NCBI GenBank assembly: GCA_964016885.1
Contig: OZ024742.1
Location: 245,458,001-245,522,000, forward strand
Length of the DNA stretch: 64,000 bases
Direction: 5' to 3'
Origin: Eledone cirrhosa
Taxonomy: Eukaryota
A program made the translations under genes and the position numbers. The notes under the pieces are model-generated. The model saw only the letters and a program-made list of their open reading frames with translations. It was not told where the DNA came from and did no database searches. Below, in pieces: positions 1 to 13,688 of this stretch (positions are counted from its first letter, which is position 1; every line of letters starts with the position of its first letter).

Positions 1-74
1 ACTGAATGGTACCATGATGCTACACGCTATATCATCAACATCAATTGTGAAGGGATGAGGACCTTGGTGATCGC
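1..74 (-). CDS. Candidate coding exon of an unidentified host gene (runs off the window edge)
   Basis: Minus strand reads atttctgctttcatcAG|GC GAT CAC..., an open frame (G)DHQGPHPFTIDVDDIACSIMVPFS after a good acceptor; protein not recognised. Confidence 0.5.
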
Positions 75-713
75 CTGATGAAAGCAGAAATAATATTATC
101 AGCAATGAAGGGCATACCTAGTGATCCATGTGACAAGTAGTCATAGTACAGAAGTTAAATACATTCCTCATTTTGAGGTTCACAATGAAATGTTGAGATT
201 TTGTTGAGTGAGGTTGGAGTGAGGTTGGAGTGAGGAGTCTTAACTTTAAACATTTTGTAATGAATTAATAGAAAATATCTAAAAACAGGTTTGTTGATTT
301 AAATGTTTATAGTATCATTTATCCATTTGAAGGTCAATTGATGAAACACCAGTCAAGTAATGGGGGTTGATTCTTCTTCTTCTTCTCCTCCTCCTCCGTT
401 TTCTCCCCTTCTTCCCCCCCTCTAAGAAATCAACTGTGGTCAAACCAAGAAAAAAACAGGAATCTCCAGGTGTAAAATGCCAAAAGTACACCACCCTCCA
501 CCCTTGTCACTCTGTTAAGAGTTAAAGTCTCAGGGATCAGTGAGTGAATATAAGTCAAAGTTGACCTTGGCAGGATTTGAACTCAGAGAGCAGTGAGCTG
601 AGACAAATACCCTGGTATTTAATTTGACACCCTAATCACTTTGTCAATTCAAGACCTATACTAAATTCTATATAAAATATAATAATCTTTCTACATTTGT
701 CTTCTGGAATTAC

Positions 714-729
714 CTTTTTGCAATAAAAC
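714..729 (-). CDS. Candidate 16-nt micro-exon (VLLQK+G)
   Basis: ttcttatttattttttatgacAG|GTTTTATTGCAAAAAG|GTaatt; its phase-1 end matches the phase of the 1-74 exon. Confidence 0.4.
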
Positions 730-959
730 CTGTCATAAAAAATAAATAAGAATTTACACAGGAGTTATTGTACTGTGGAATTCCTTGGCAATTGTCCTTT
801 ATACAAACCACTGCCACTGGTCAAATGTAAAGGTTAGTCCAATAAAATATTTAATGCTTGGTACTGTGATTCAGGTTTCATGTTGTGACTTGAGTGAAGT
901 CACTTTTATATATATATATATATGTAATATGTGTAATAGTAATATATGTGAACGGCAAA

Positions 960-1615
960 GCATAAACGAACTAAGAAAAAAAATTAGAAATAAGAGGGAT
1001 CAGATGTTGTTTACTCGAGAGAAGGCTACGTTGGTATGGTCACGTGATGCACATGAAAGACGATAGCTGTATAACAAAGTGCAGGGCAATAAAGATAGAC
1101 GGTAGCCACGGAATAGGCAGACCCAGAAAAACCTGGGACGAGCTGATAAATTCCGACCTCACACACTTACACCTCACCAAGACAATGTCACTGGACCGAG
1201 ACCTTTGGCGGTACTCAGTAATAGAGAGGACCCGCCTTACCTAAATACATAGTAAAACCTACTACAGTCAGTAGGCATCTCTAACAAAATACACCCCCGT
1301 CCCACCACCCCCACCCCATCCACACCGCCCCTTTCAATGTAAAGTTATGTTGGTGCCACAACATCCAGGCCGAAACAAATGAGATCGTGTAGGTGTCACG
1401 TCAAAAAAACACACAGTCCACGCTGTAATGTGGCCGTGTAGGCAACAGGGTAAAAACCTCCCAGACCCACACTGTAAATGTGGTTGGTGTTAGGAAGGGC
1501 ATCCAGCTGTAGAAAACCCGCCAGATAGTCCTATGCGAGCAAGATAACCACTCTTGCCTCAAGTGGGAAAACCCTCCGTCCAAACCCATGCAAGCATGGA
1601 ACACGGACGTTAAAC

Positions 1616-1654
<39 letters not shown>

Positions 1655-1655
1655 A
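960..1655 (+). mobile_element. 3' end of an RTE-clade LINE followed by an RTE-tailed SINE-like segment
   Basis: Remnant WYGHVMHMKDD..GRPRKTWDELI..DRDLWR; ends in aacccatgcaagcatggaacacggacgttaaac(gat)n; related minus copy at about 15920-16545. Confidence 0.75.
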
Positions 1656-1689
1656 TAATTCATTTTTTAATTTCTTTTGCGAGACTTCT

Positions 1690-2105
1690 TATCTGAAAAT
1701 GTGTGTTGAAACAGATATTGTTATAATTTGAGAGGAGGATCGTGTTGCCAATTAAAAATCAAGCACCTGTTGGTTTTCACTTCAATTTATTATAAGTTTC
1801 CGGTTGGTTGGTTCGATAACTGGAAGGTTGTTTATATATTGTCAAAGCTCTTTTGTCCCACATTTTGTGACCTACAGAATAAAAACCTAGTCACTGAGGA
1901 GGTCACAGAATGTGTGATGAAAGAGGTTTGACAATATATAAAACACCTTCCGGTTATCGAACCAACCAGCCAACCGGAAACTTATAATAAATTGAAGTGA
2001 AAACCAACAGGTGCTTGTGTTTTTATTGGCAACAAAATATTGCTCCCAACAAAATATTGCTCTTTTATTGGCAACAAAATATTAGCTCCCAAAATATAGC
2101 AATAT
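1690..2105. mobile_element. Short inverted PLE-type non-autonomous element carrying a minimal HHR
   Basis: About 1745-1875 is the reverse complement of about 1900-2035; related copy at 62980-63180; ends at (TA)n. Confidence 0.6.
1890..1932 (+). ncRNA. Minimal type I hammerhead ribozyme (slightly degenerate)
   Basis: GTCA-CTGAGGA-G-GTCAC agaatgt GTGAT-GAAA-gaggtt-TGAC; stems I and II pair, stem III damaged. Confidence 0.55.
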
Positions 2106-2219
2106 ATATATATATATAGTAATTGTTTCTACTTTTGGCACAAGGCCAGCAATTACCCAATGCATTACTGGTACTTTATTCTATCGACCCCGGAAGGATG
2201 AAAGGCAAAGTTAACCTCG

Positions 2220-5200
2220 TAATAATAATAAATTTGAAGACTAAAATCCAAAGAGGGCTCGATAAGGATAAATATATCGATTAGGATAAATATATATCAG
2301 ATATATAAGAACCGTAGAGCAAATATTTATTAAAATAACAGATTAAAGTTTAAGCAAAGAATCGCTGCTTTCACCCTTAACGGGATCTTCTGAAACTAAA
2401 AAAGTCAATCCGTGAACGCAGAAGTAAATATTTCAAAAAACGTTGCAACCGAAGGAAGACGATACTTTGGTTCGTGGAAACGTTCCCTGGCAAAGAACGG
2501 AAAAAAACGAAGATAATACGTCATTATTTGGTGCAGTGAAAACAATTACACGCGAAGACAAAACCACGTTTATGGTATAAATGAAGTCGTAGACTAATAT
2601 TCTATTAGGTGGTTCATGGAGACGTTCTCTGGCAATGAACGGAAAAAACGAAGATAATACGTCATTATGTGGGGGATTGGCAGTATCGGTAGAGGGTCGG
2701 ACGCCATGCTTTGACGCATAGAGTTACGGCCTTTGCCATTCTGAGTTCAAATCCCACCGAGGTTAACTTTGCCTTTCATCCTTACGGGGTCGATAAAATA
2801 AAGTACCAGTAATGTACTGGGTAATTGCTGGCCTTGTGCCAAACGTAGAAACAATTGTGTGGAGGAATGAGAACAATTACACGCAAAGACAAAACCACTT
2901 AAATAGTATAACTGAAGTCGTAGACTAAAATTCTATTTAGGAAACCGAATGATTCTCGGCTTCAGAGTTAAGAATAAAGTAAATAAAATACAGAGGTAAA
3001 TGAAATTAAAAATATACATACACACATCCATATACGTACATACACAAGCATACGCGAAAACACTCCCCATGGGTATGCAAATATAAGCACGTACACACAA
3101 AATAAAGAAAAGAAAACACTTACGCATATACAGAACTCACGCAACGCCTGTACCGTATACAACAAACGTATACACCAAATACACATAAAAATAAATAAAT
3201 AAAAACATATATATATATACACATGTGTGTGTGTGCGTGTATACATAATTAAATAAACGTATATAAATATACACACATAAATACGTATACAACGTGCGCA
3301 CACACACACTCACATGTAAAGACACATATGTTCGCGGACGTACGTCAACCAAAACACAAAGTACACATATACACACACCCTACATACGTACGAACCCGCA
3401 TACTCACACAGACGCAAAACTCACGTATACACATAACCAAATGCACATGTACCAGTATATATAATATATACGCCAATAACATATACAAGCAAATATACGT
3501 ACGAGAAAATATACGTACCTTCACAAAACATACAGGTAATATATACTTACCTATACGAATAAGTAATGGTATTAACATAACATATACTTAGCTACCACAT
3601 CAAGACGTAAAATATCCGCGTATAGTTCGTACTATCCGTTAAGGTATAAAGTGGGGCTGTAATACAGGAAAGTTTTGTGCAATTTATGTTTACAAGCCGA
3701 AATTGCCTCAGATTTTTTGTTTAAGATGTGGTCTTTGGCGTAGAGTATTTCCAGGGCCTCAGCGGTCTTTATTTCCGTTATACGATCTAGCCTTAGCTAG
3801 GATCTCCCAGTGTAACTTATATTGGGTGTGGTTGTCTTTTAGACTCCAGATATAAGCTGAAAGTGACGTCATATTCCTTCTTAAAGGGTTAAGAAAAGAA
3901 TGGGTATGCATGTAAAAACGCTGCTTGAATCTATTGGCGGTTAACCCTATGTAGGCCATACGGGACGTGGGTGTTTCAACCTTACATTTGTAGACAATGT
4001 TACTAGAGAGGCATTTCCCGGATAGGGAGCAGTCAACCCGATTCCTACAATTACAGTTAGTACTAGCTACATGGTTGCACGTGTTCCTACAGCTAGGTAA
4101 TTTAGCTAAATTTGAAGCTGTGATGTTATGTGAAAGGTTAGGAGTCGTAGAGTAAGAAATTTTAATGGTATTTCTATTAAAAATGTTACTATGTTTATGT
4201 GCTGGGGGGAAATGCTTCTTAATAAGGGAGAGAAAGGTGTGGCCACCTCCATATTATATGGTGGGTCATACCATATAATGCGTCAGGATCTATTTTTCCT
4301 AGGTCTATTCTCGTACTCTGTATAAGCTACCTTATCGACAAATCCACTCCGAGCAAGAGCTTCATTGTAATATGTGGAATGGTCGTTAAAAATATGCTCG
4401 TTTGTAGATAGACGGCAAAGCATCAAAGAAACGTTTCTTACCAGGTTCTTGGTTATGCTGGCAGGATGGTTAGAATGCTTACTTATGTAATTAAGCGTAT
4501 CATTCGGCTTTCTATACGGGTAGTGCAAGCCATTCGACAAATCGAGGGTAACGTCGAGGTAATTAACGACCGAGAGGTTGGCCTCAACCTTTATGGAAAG
4601 GTTGAAGCCTTTAAAGAAGGCTGTGAGTTATTTTCTGAACCTGTCGCAAGCACGTGGGCCGCACTTTGTCATGGTCAAAAGACCGTCATCACGGTACAAA
4701 CCACCGCCCACATTGGGGAATTCTTCTTTGATAGAGAAAAGAAGGAAAAGGCTGATAAGATCAGTAACCTTCACAGAATCGCTGGCGCGCATATTCACGT
4801 CGAATGGGGTACTATTAGATTTTTTAATCCAAATAGAGTCGTCGAAATTAATCACCGACTTACGGGCATTGAGGATGACATCAACTTCGAAATCCTTAAC
4901 CACTGTGAGTGTTTTAGCGAAATTGATAGCTCTAAGGAGAAGTGGTAAAGTGATGGAGGAGTAGTAATTATTGATGTCGAATTGGATAAAACGGCAATGT
5001 TCCTTGTTGCATATGCCGTTGAACCAATCAATCACCGCGAAAGAATTGTTCCACAGTGCAAGAGGGGCCAAACTTCTAATTTCAGGTATAATCCTATCTA
5101 AAATCCTTTTACTAAGTCTACCTAAATCGGACTTCGTAGGGTTAATAAGCTGAATAGAGGGGTTGTTCGGTAAATTGGATTTGTGATCCTTCAGGGTAAA

Positions 5201-5400
5201 GTGGGGAGAAATAGGGTCCAGAGGTTCGGTCCGGTCCAGGATGTTGAGTTCAGAGGTGATATTAAACCCAGCATCGTTGATTTCATTAATGACGCTCCGA
5301 TTAGTGTTACGGTAATCCTTAGTTCGGCATTATGTAGCAGTTGATGGTAAGTACTGCGCTCCACTTGATATAGATTGCCCGTTTTGTCGGAATGGACGTG
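2220..5400 (-). mobile_element. Penelope-like retroelement (Nematis-like, family A), 5'-truncated and frameshifted; left arm of an inverted pair
   Basis: Fragments HSDKTGNLY, FDINNYYSSI, GLYRDDGL (RT), NYISKHSNHP, YIGLTANRFKQR (GIY-YIG); long 3' UTR ending at (AAT)n; clade assignment from remembered motifs. Confidence 0.85.
2672..2856 (+). mobile_element. tRNA-derived SINE with Nin/Deu-like central domain, inserted in the PLE 3' UTR
   Basis: A/B-box-like tggcagtatcgg..gagttcaaatccc, core aactttgcctttcatccttacggggtcgataaaataaagtaccag; further copies at about 2120, 9030, 11035, 14222, 19396, 41068, 41712, 43170, 43320, 46090, 51275. Confidence 0.8.
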
Positions 5401-7541
5401 CACGTGCTTGCGACAGGTTCAGAAAAGAATTCACAGCCTTCTTTAAAGGCTTCAACCTCTCCATACAGGTTGAGGCCAACCTATTGGTCGTTAATTACCT
5501 CGACGTTACCCTCGATTTGTCGAATGGCTTGCACTACCCGTATAGAAAGCCGAATGATACGCTTAATTACATAAGTAAGCATTCTAACCATCCTGCCAGG
5601 ATAACCAAGAACCTGGTAAGAAACGTTTCTTTGAGGCTTTGCCGTCTATCTACAAACGAGCATATTTTTAACGACCATTCCACTTATTACAATGAAGCTC
5701 TTGCTCGGAGTGGATTTGTCGATAAGGTAACTTATACGGAGTACGAGAATAGACCTAGGAAAAATAGATCCCGACGCATTATATGGTATGACCCACCATA
5801 TAATATGGAGGTGGCCATACCTTTAGCTAAAATCTTTCTCTCCCTTATTAAGAAGCATTTCCCCCACACATAAATATAGTAAAAATTTTAATAGAAATAC
5901 CATTAAAATTTCTTACTCTACGACTCCTAACCTTTCACATAACATCACATCTTCAAATTTAGCTAAATTACCTAGCTGTAGGAACGCGTGCAACCCTGAG
6001 CTAGTACTAACTGTAATTGTAGGAATCGGGTTGACTGCCCCCTATGCGGGAAATGCCTCTCTAGTAACATTGTCTACAAATGTAAGGTTGAAACACCCAC
6101 GTCCCGTAGGATCTACATAGGGTTAATCGCCAATAGATTCAAGCAGCGTCTTTACATGTATACCCATTCTTTTCTTAACCCTTTAAGAAGGAATATGACG
6201 TCACTTTCAGCTTATATCTGGAGTCTAAAAGACAACCACACCCAATATAAGTTACACTGGGAGATCCTAGCTAAGGCTAGATCATATAACGGAAATAAAA
6301 GACCATGTGACCTCTGCGCCGCTGAAGCCCTGGAAATACTCTACGCCAATGATCACATCTTAAACAAAAAATCTGAGGCAATTTCGGCTTGTAAACATAA
6401 ATTGCACAAAACTTTCCTGTATTACAGCCCCACATTTTACCCTAACAGATAGTACGAACTATACGCGGATAATTTACGTCTTAATGTGGTAGCTAAGTAT
6501 ATTTTGTGTTTATACCTTTACTTATTTGTATAGGTAAGTATATATTACCTGTATGTTTTGTGAAGGTACGCATACTTTATCATACGTATATTTGCTTGTA
6601 TTTGTTATAGGTGTATATATTATATTATATATATAGGTACATGTGTATATGATTATGTGTATACGTGTATTTTGCATTTGTGTGTGTATGCGAGTTTGCA
6701 CATATGTAGGGTTTGTGTATATGTGTACTTTGTGTTTTGGTTGACGTACATTTAGTGAACATATGTGTATTTACCTGTAGGTAGGTGTGCGCGCGCGTAT
6801 TATACATATTTATGTGTGTATATTTATATACGTTTATAATTATATGTATACACGCACACACACACACACATATATATATATTTTTTTTAATATATTTTTA
6901 TGTATATTTGGTGTATACGTTCGTATGTGTGCAGGTACAGGTGTTGCGCGGGTTTTTGTATGTGCGCGCGTGTTTTTGTGTACGTGCTTGTATATGCATA
7001 CCCATGGCGAGTGTTTTCGCGTATGCATGTGTATGTACGTATATGTATGCGTGCATGTATATATTAAATTATTGTTGATTTCAATAACTTCTGTAATTTA
7101 TTTATTCTTAACTCTGAAGCCAAGAATCATTCGGTTTCCTAAATCGAATTTTAGTCTACGACTTCATTTATACCATAAACGCGGTTTTGTCTTTGAGTGT
7201 AATTGTTCTCACCGCTCCAAATAATTGTTTCTACTTTAGGCACAAGGCCAGCAATTACCCAGTGCTCACCGCTCCAAATAATGACGTATTATCTTCGTTT
7301 TTTTCCGTTCATTGCCAGGGAACGTCTCCACGTTGCAACGTTTTACGAAATATTTAGTTCTGCGTTCACAGATTGATATTTTTAATTTCAGAAGATCTCG
7401 TTAAGGGTGAAAGCAGCGATTCTTTGCTTAAACTTTAATCTGTTATTTTAATAAATATTTGCTCTACGGTTCTTATATATGTGATATATATTTATCCTTA
7501 TCGAGCCCTCTTTGGATTTTAGTCTTCAAATTTATTATTAT

Positions 7542-7545
<4 letters not shown>
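5401..7545 (+). mobile_element. Penelope-like retroelement family A, right arm (thumb, GIY-YIG, 3' UTR)
   Basis: ORFs 5484-5873 and 6156-6452 (IIWYDPPYN, CDLCAAEALEIL, CKHK); reverse complement of the left arm; ends at (TA)n at about 7545. Confidence 0.85.
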
Positions 7546-7611
<66 letters not shown>

Positions 7612-7615
<4 letters not shown>

Positions 7616-8500
7616 TTGCAGTGGATTATTGTATGTGCCTTGCACTGGAGAAACACCACGACTCAGGCTTCACTTTAACACCAGCTCAAAGCAGGAGTGT
7701 TAAGGCTAAAAAGCTATCAGATGCTGAATTTGCTGACAACATAGCTCTGATGACAAACACAGTGAAGGGGGCAGAAGAGCTGATGTGAGAGGTGGAGACT
7801 GTGTTAATGAGTGTGGGGCTGAGAATGAAGTGGGGCTGAGAATGAATGAGAGTAAAACAAATTATCTGGTAGAGAACGTCAAGGAGCCAGCAAAGATTAT
7901 GAATGTGGGCAGGGAGCCGCTAGAGCTAGTTGAGGACTTCCTGTATCTGGGAGCAAATATTAGGAACACAGAGGATGATGTGGTGGAGAGGAGGAGCAAA
8001 ACCTGGGTGGTGTGTCACAGTTTGAGGTTGGTGTGGAAGTCTGACCTTCATAAAGACCTGAAAATTCGTCTCTTCAACGCTACAGTGGAGTCTGTGCTGC
8101 TGTACAGGTCTGAGACTTGGACATAACTAAGAGACCCACTCAGATGGAAGATAGGTGCTACATGAGGATGCTGAGGATGGCTCTGAATATTAATCAGTAT
8201 GCACTGAGGATGAAGAACTCAGAGCTGTAAGGAAGCCTCCCAAACGTCAGCTCGAAAGTGACACAGAGGAGACTCAAGTTAGTTGAACATGCTCACCAAC
8301 ATTCAGAGTTGACACTGCACTCGGTAGGTCTGTGGGAGCCCCTACATGGACACACAAGAAGAGGGAGACTGAAGATGACAAATGTTGATGCCCTAAGGAT
8401 AGACACTGGTCTCTGGGAGTTGTAGGACATAGTGGCGATGATGAAGGATAGAGACTGCTGGAGAGAACTCGTCCATAGATCTCAGGAATTCTACCCACCC
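7612..8500 (+). mobile_element. RTE-clade LINE, 5'-truncated and degenerate
   Basis: DAEFADNIAL, GLRMNESKT, VEDFLYLG, LFNATVESVLLY..ETWT; related pieces at 36370-36540 (-) and 44705-44865 (-). Confidence 0.8.
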
Positions 8501-8920
8501 TAGATAGATAGATATGTGTGTGCATGTATTCTTCTGGTATCATTATTTTATAAACTTTTACAAGAGAGAGAGCTGGTTTCTAACATAGACACAAGACCTT
8601 TTCATTGGAATTTAGACAACATCAACTAGGTAAATATGTCTGCATAGCTGCATGCATGTGTGTGTGTGGGGGGGGGGGGGGGGGGGGGTTATGGATGTTA
8701 TTGTATGTGTGTGGATCTGTATGTTTTGAGTTATATGTATATACATGCAAATGCTTTGTATCTATACATGTGTATATGCAGTTATAACATGCAGATATAT
8801 ATGTATGTGTGGATGTATATATATGTATGTATGCATTTGTTTTGCAAGATTCTTGATGTGAAATTGTATGTTGAAACAGATATTGGCAATATTGGCAACA
8901 TGACCATCTCCAAATTTAAC

Positions 8921-8951
<31 letters not shown>

Positions 8952-9386
8952 ATATAAACTATATCTGTATGTGGAAAAGAGTACTCAATACAAAAGTAGA
9001 GTTTTAATCATTATTTTATTAAGGCTAAATAATTGTTTCTACTTTAGGCACAAGGCCAGCAATTAACCAGTGCATTACTGGTACTTTATTTTATCGACCC
9101 CGTAAGGATGAAAGGCAAAGTCAACCTCGGCGGGATTTGAACTCAGATCGTAAAGGGACGTAACTATGCTGGAAAGCATGGCGTCCAACACTCTACCGAT
9201 ACTGCCAATCCACCGCCCTTAAGGCTAAATAATGAGTCTTGTTACTCTGGAGTTTCGCCTGTTTATCACAGGGTCATCATATATGATGAAAGAGAAAATG
9301 AAAACTAGAGGTTTGGTGAAGAAAGAGGGAATGCAGATGATAAGACAAAATGGAGGAGTTTGTTGTGGGGTCCCTACAAGGCTAAC

Positions 9387-9410
9387 CTCTTCTTTAGCAG
9401 GGTAGACGAC
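9387..9410 (-). CDS. Candidate 24-nt micro-exon (VVYPAKEE)
   Basis: aagcattttcAG|GTCGTCTACCCTGCTAAAGAAGAG|GTtagc; phase 0/0, compatible with the 714-729 exon. Confidence 0.35.
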
Positions 9411-10619
9411 CTGAAAATGCTTGTTGCTCTTGTACTCATTAACTGTTTGTATTTTTTGTGTCAAAAGTGAAAATGACGCCATGTCCTAACTGCAAGGCTC
9501 ATCTCTGAATTGCTATCAAAATAAAAATATAGATGGATTTGACCTTTGCAGGGGTTAGTCAGGCATTGTTATTGTTCCCAGAGTTCATGCCCATCTCTAT
9601 TAACCCTTATTTAGCTATTTCCATGGAGCTTATATTTCAGTAACACTTTTAAAATGTGTTTTTTCATTTCACTTTCTCAACACTACACTACTGCCAACCA
9701 GAAGTAGGTTAAGCTTTTCTAGAGCCCGCTTAAGCTGAAAATTTCATTGAGGTATCTAGGTATAATATATTTATTATGAAGACATGTGGCTTAGTGGGTT
9801 AGAGAATTGGATTTGCAATCATGAGGTTGCAAGTCCGATTCCTGCACCAGGTAATGTGTTATGTCTTTGAGTAAGACACTTTATTTCATATTGTTCCTTC
9901 TGCCAGGAGTTGTGACCTGCAGATAGTATCAGCAATGGAAAGAACAATAGAAACATTGTTTCCTTGGTCTGATTTGATGAGTTCCACCTCACTCGGTAAG
10001 TGAATAAGGTCTGGGTCTTGTTGATTGATTCCTTATAATATATTATTTATGGTAGTAAAAAACAATTAATTTGAGGTCTCATAAAATATTTTGACAATCT
10101 AGTCAGTACCCCCAACCCCTTCACCCACCATAATTCGCTATTGTTGTCAACTCATCATGAATACAGATTAAACACTACCATAAATGCACACTGCATCCCT
10201 CTGATGACATAGGGCAAAATCTTGCCAAATGATAAACATATTGTAAGTGGTTCTACTTTTATCACAGGCAAAATAAAATATTTTTATAAAGGAAGTCAAC
10301 TTCCTAGTGCATCATTACTTAAACAGTATGCCATTATGTACTAGTGTAGACCAACAACTGTACTAGCTGTATTACCAACAAATATAGTAATTGTACCTAA
10401 GTTTTTTTTAATATAGAATATCAACAACACATGGCGATTTATAGTTATCAAGTAGATTTTTTTAAATATATATATTACTAACTTAACACATTTCCTAGTG
10501 TATTCATGTTTTTAATAATGGTTTTAGGTTGAGGCACAAGACCAACAATTTCTTGGAGGGAATCAACACCAGTACTTGACTGGTACTTTATTTTATTGGC
10601 CTTGAAAGGATAAATATAT

Positions 10620-10940
10620 GTCAGGTCAGGCTTCTGCCTGCTACTGATACCATGTTACCCAGTACAACCTGCTTCATGGTCGAGTGGTTGGTGATTAAAC
10701 TGTCTCCTCCACCAGACCCTGGTCTGGTGAGGAGGGTAAGTGGAACACCAGCAGTACAAAAAAGAAGAGCTGTTAAAAGGGCAGATAAATTCGTCAGAGT
10801 CAGTGGCCATCTACCCTAAATAGCTTCACCAACCTGCAATTGGCCAAGCATGGTGAGTATGTCAACACCCTGACATGACCAAAACCAAACAGAAAGCTAT
10901 GGATGTCAACTAGAGAGGAGTTCCTCCAACAAGAGTGAGA
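10620..10940 (+). mobile_element. RTE 5' UTR-derived fragment
   Basis: Aligns with the 5' end of the RTE at 36070-36255 (-): caggtca..gctactg..cccagtacaacctg..gaggagggt. Confidence 0.55.
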
Positions 10941-12199
10941 AAGTACTGGATTGGATTAGAAGGATAAATGGTAAAGTTAACCTTAGCGGGATTTGAACTC
11001 AAAGAACAGAGAGTCGGAATGAATAAAATAATAATAATTGTTTCTACTTTAGGCACAAGGCCAGCAATTACCCAGTGCATTACTGGTACTTTATTTTATC
11101 GACGCCGTAAGGATGAAAGGCAAAGTCAACCTCGGCGGGATTTGAACTCAGATCGTAAAGGGACGTAACTATGCTGGAAAGCATGGCGTCCGACCCTCTA
11201 CCAATACTGCTAATCAAAATAATAATAATGAAAATTATTGTGCACAGTGCTCAGGTGCCTTACAACTCATCAAAGGTGCATGTATAGTACATAGAATCAT
11301 GTAGAAATGTCAGGAAAGGGAACAGTGTATCAGTCATGATATACACATGGACACACACACATGTATGCGTGTGTATGGAGGGAGAATATCAGGCGTCGTG
11401 TTGGCGAATTTCAGGAAGCATGAATGTTTTGAAGGATGCAGTGTCCCAACAACTAACAACTGATGCAAACCATTCTAATGACTCTACCAATTTGCTGTTT
11501 TTCATGTATTTAATCATAAGAAAAATTAACCCTTCTCTACTCTCAGGTATGTATTGGATAAGCATTGAGTTGACCCAAGCCTTGTAAAGGAAATTGGGTA
11601 TACAGAAACTGTGTGGAAGCCTGTCAAGTGGACTGTACTTGTAAATCAAAGGGCTGCCCTTATTACATTGAATCTCCTCGAGAATTACTTTAAGGGTACG
11701 CTTGTCTGTAGGTTGCTCAGTACCTTGTACATTAATTTCACAGGCAGGCTGTTCCATTGATCGAACAACTGAAACACTCACCATCAAAACATACCTACAT
11801 ACATACATGATGGCTGCCCCCTCATTATCGAGTATGGCCATTGCACGATATACCATTATTAGTAATTATTAATTAATTCCATTGTGCAATGCCTGTGCAT
11901 GAAGATATTTTTTAAAGTGAGGAAAGACTGTGCACTGAGCCAATCCCACTCTCTGAGCAACAGTAGCTATAACCTGAAAAGAAGAAAAGATCAACATCAT
12001 CGGTTACTACTGAGCTGTAGGTTTTATATCGGAGTTATCCCAGTTTCCTGAGTTGCCTTCTCCTAGAAGAATGCCCTGACAAAGGCTAGGGGCTCTTCAC
12101 TCCCAGTGGTTTAACCGCGCAATCGAGTGTCCAGCCCGACTATTTCTATACATACATACATACATTCACACACACACACATACATGCATACATGCATAC

Positions 12200-12565
12200 A
12201 TCATCATCATCATCATCATCGTTTAACGTCCATGTTCCACGCTTGCATGGGTTTGGACGGGAGTTTTCCCACTTGAGGCAAGAGTGGTTGTCTTGCTCGT
12301 ATAGGACTGTCTGGCGGGTTTTCTACAGTTGGATGCCCTTCCTAACACCAACCACATTTACAGTGTGGGGCTGGGAGGTTTTTACCGTGTTGCCTACACG
12401 ACCACATTACAGCGTGGACTGTCTGGCGGGTTTTCTACAGCTGGATGCCCTTCCTAACACCAACCACATTTACAGTGTGGGGCTGGGAGGTTTTTACCAT
12501 GTTGCCTACACGGCCACATTTACAGCGTGGACTGTGTGTTTTTTTTGTCATGACACCTACACGAT
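12200..12565 (-). mobile_element. RTE-tailed SINE-like repeat with internal duplication
   Basis: Same family as 1330-1655, 13320-13560, 20430-20860 and 22970-23145; (GAT)n tail. Confidence 0.7.
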
Positions 12566-12892
12566 ACATACATACATAAATGCATGCATACATACATACA
12601 CACACACACATACACATACATACATGCATACATACATCCATACATACATACATGTGTGTGTATGAAGTGACTACATGTGTGTGTATATGTAGTGACTACA
12701 TGTATATGTGTATGTAGTGACTACATGTATATGTGTATGTAGTGACTACATGTATGTGTGCATGAAATGACGTGTGTGTGTATATGTAGTGACCAACAAA
12801 TCAGTCAGTTAAAGGCTCTTGTGTTTTTCTATTGCAGAACCTAGTGTGGATGTTGCCTCATGGACCTGTGAAAATATGTTGTTACTCTAGGG

Positions 12893-13688
12893 CAGAAGTT
12901 CTCAATCTTTTGGGGCCACAGCCCCACTTAAGGCATCGTAATACTCTCAGCACCCCCAACCCTATTTCCAGAGAGACCAGCCTACATGCAAATTGTAATT
13001 AATATATAATAGATAAAATCGTTAATTTATATAGATTAATATTATATATACTATGTATAAATAAATATTATATATTTTTTATTTTACTATCATCATCATC
13101 ATCATCATCATCAACGTTTAACGTCCGTGTTCCACGCTTGCATGGGTTTGGACTATATTTATATATAATATGTATGAATGGCTTGTGAAAGCTGTACAAG
13201 CCATGTATAGGGGAGCAGTCAGCAAAGTTAGGATTAGCAATGAGTATAGCAAGGAATTTAGCGTACAGGTCGGTGTCCACCAGGCCTCTGTTCTTAGCCC
13301 TCTCCTGTTCATCATAGTCCTGCACCCAGCCCACACTGTAAAGTGAACGTGTAGGCGCCACGGAAAAAAAGCACCCAGCACTCACTGTAAATGAGGTTGG
13401 TGTTAGGAAGGGCATCCAGCTGTAGAAATCAAGTCAGAATCAGTTCCTGTATGAGCAAGACAAGGTCAGCCGACCAGACACTGCCCACAACAGGACAACC
13501 CGTCTAACCCATGCTAGCGTCGAAGAACGGACGTAAAACGGTGATGATGATGATGATGTATCATTTGATATTTAATATACTATTATATCATCTCTACTGT
13601 TCCCCCACCACCCCCTTAGGCCCCAGCATCCACCTGGACTTTCTCAACACCCCCTGAGGAGCAGTAGCACCCACTTTTAGAACCTCTG
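12893..13688. mobile_element. hAT-type MITE interrupted by SINE/RTE pieces
   Basis: TIRs cagaagttctcaa ... ttagaacctctg; imperfect 8-bp flanks ctctaggg / ctctcagg. Confidence 0.5.

Noticed and set aside
762-832. Plus-strand exon candidate (also 9907-9995 and 17487 onward)
   Set aside because: AG/GT sites are present but the polypyrimidine tract is weak or SINE-derived, and no recognisable peptide results
2220-7545. Naiad-type selenoprotein-encoding PLE
   Set aside because: GIY-YIG is C-terminal, and the disruptions are frameshifts and mixed stops rather than conserved in-frame TGA
10195-10230. Isolated CTGATGA motifs (also near 75, 26171, 48143)
   Set aside because: No stem II/GAAA/stem I arrangement
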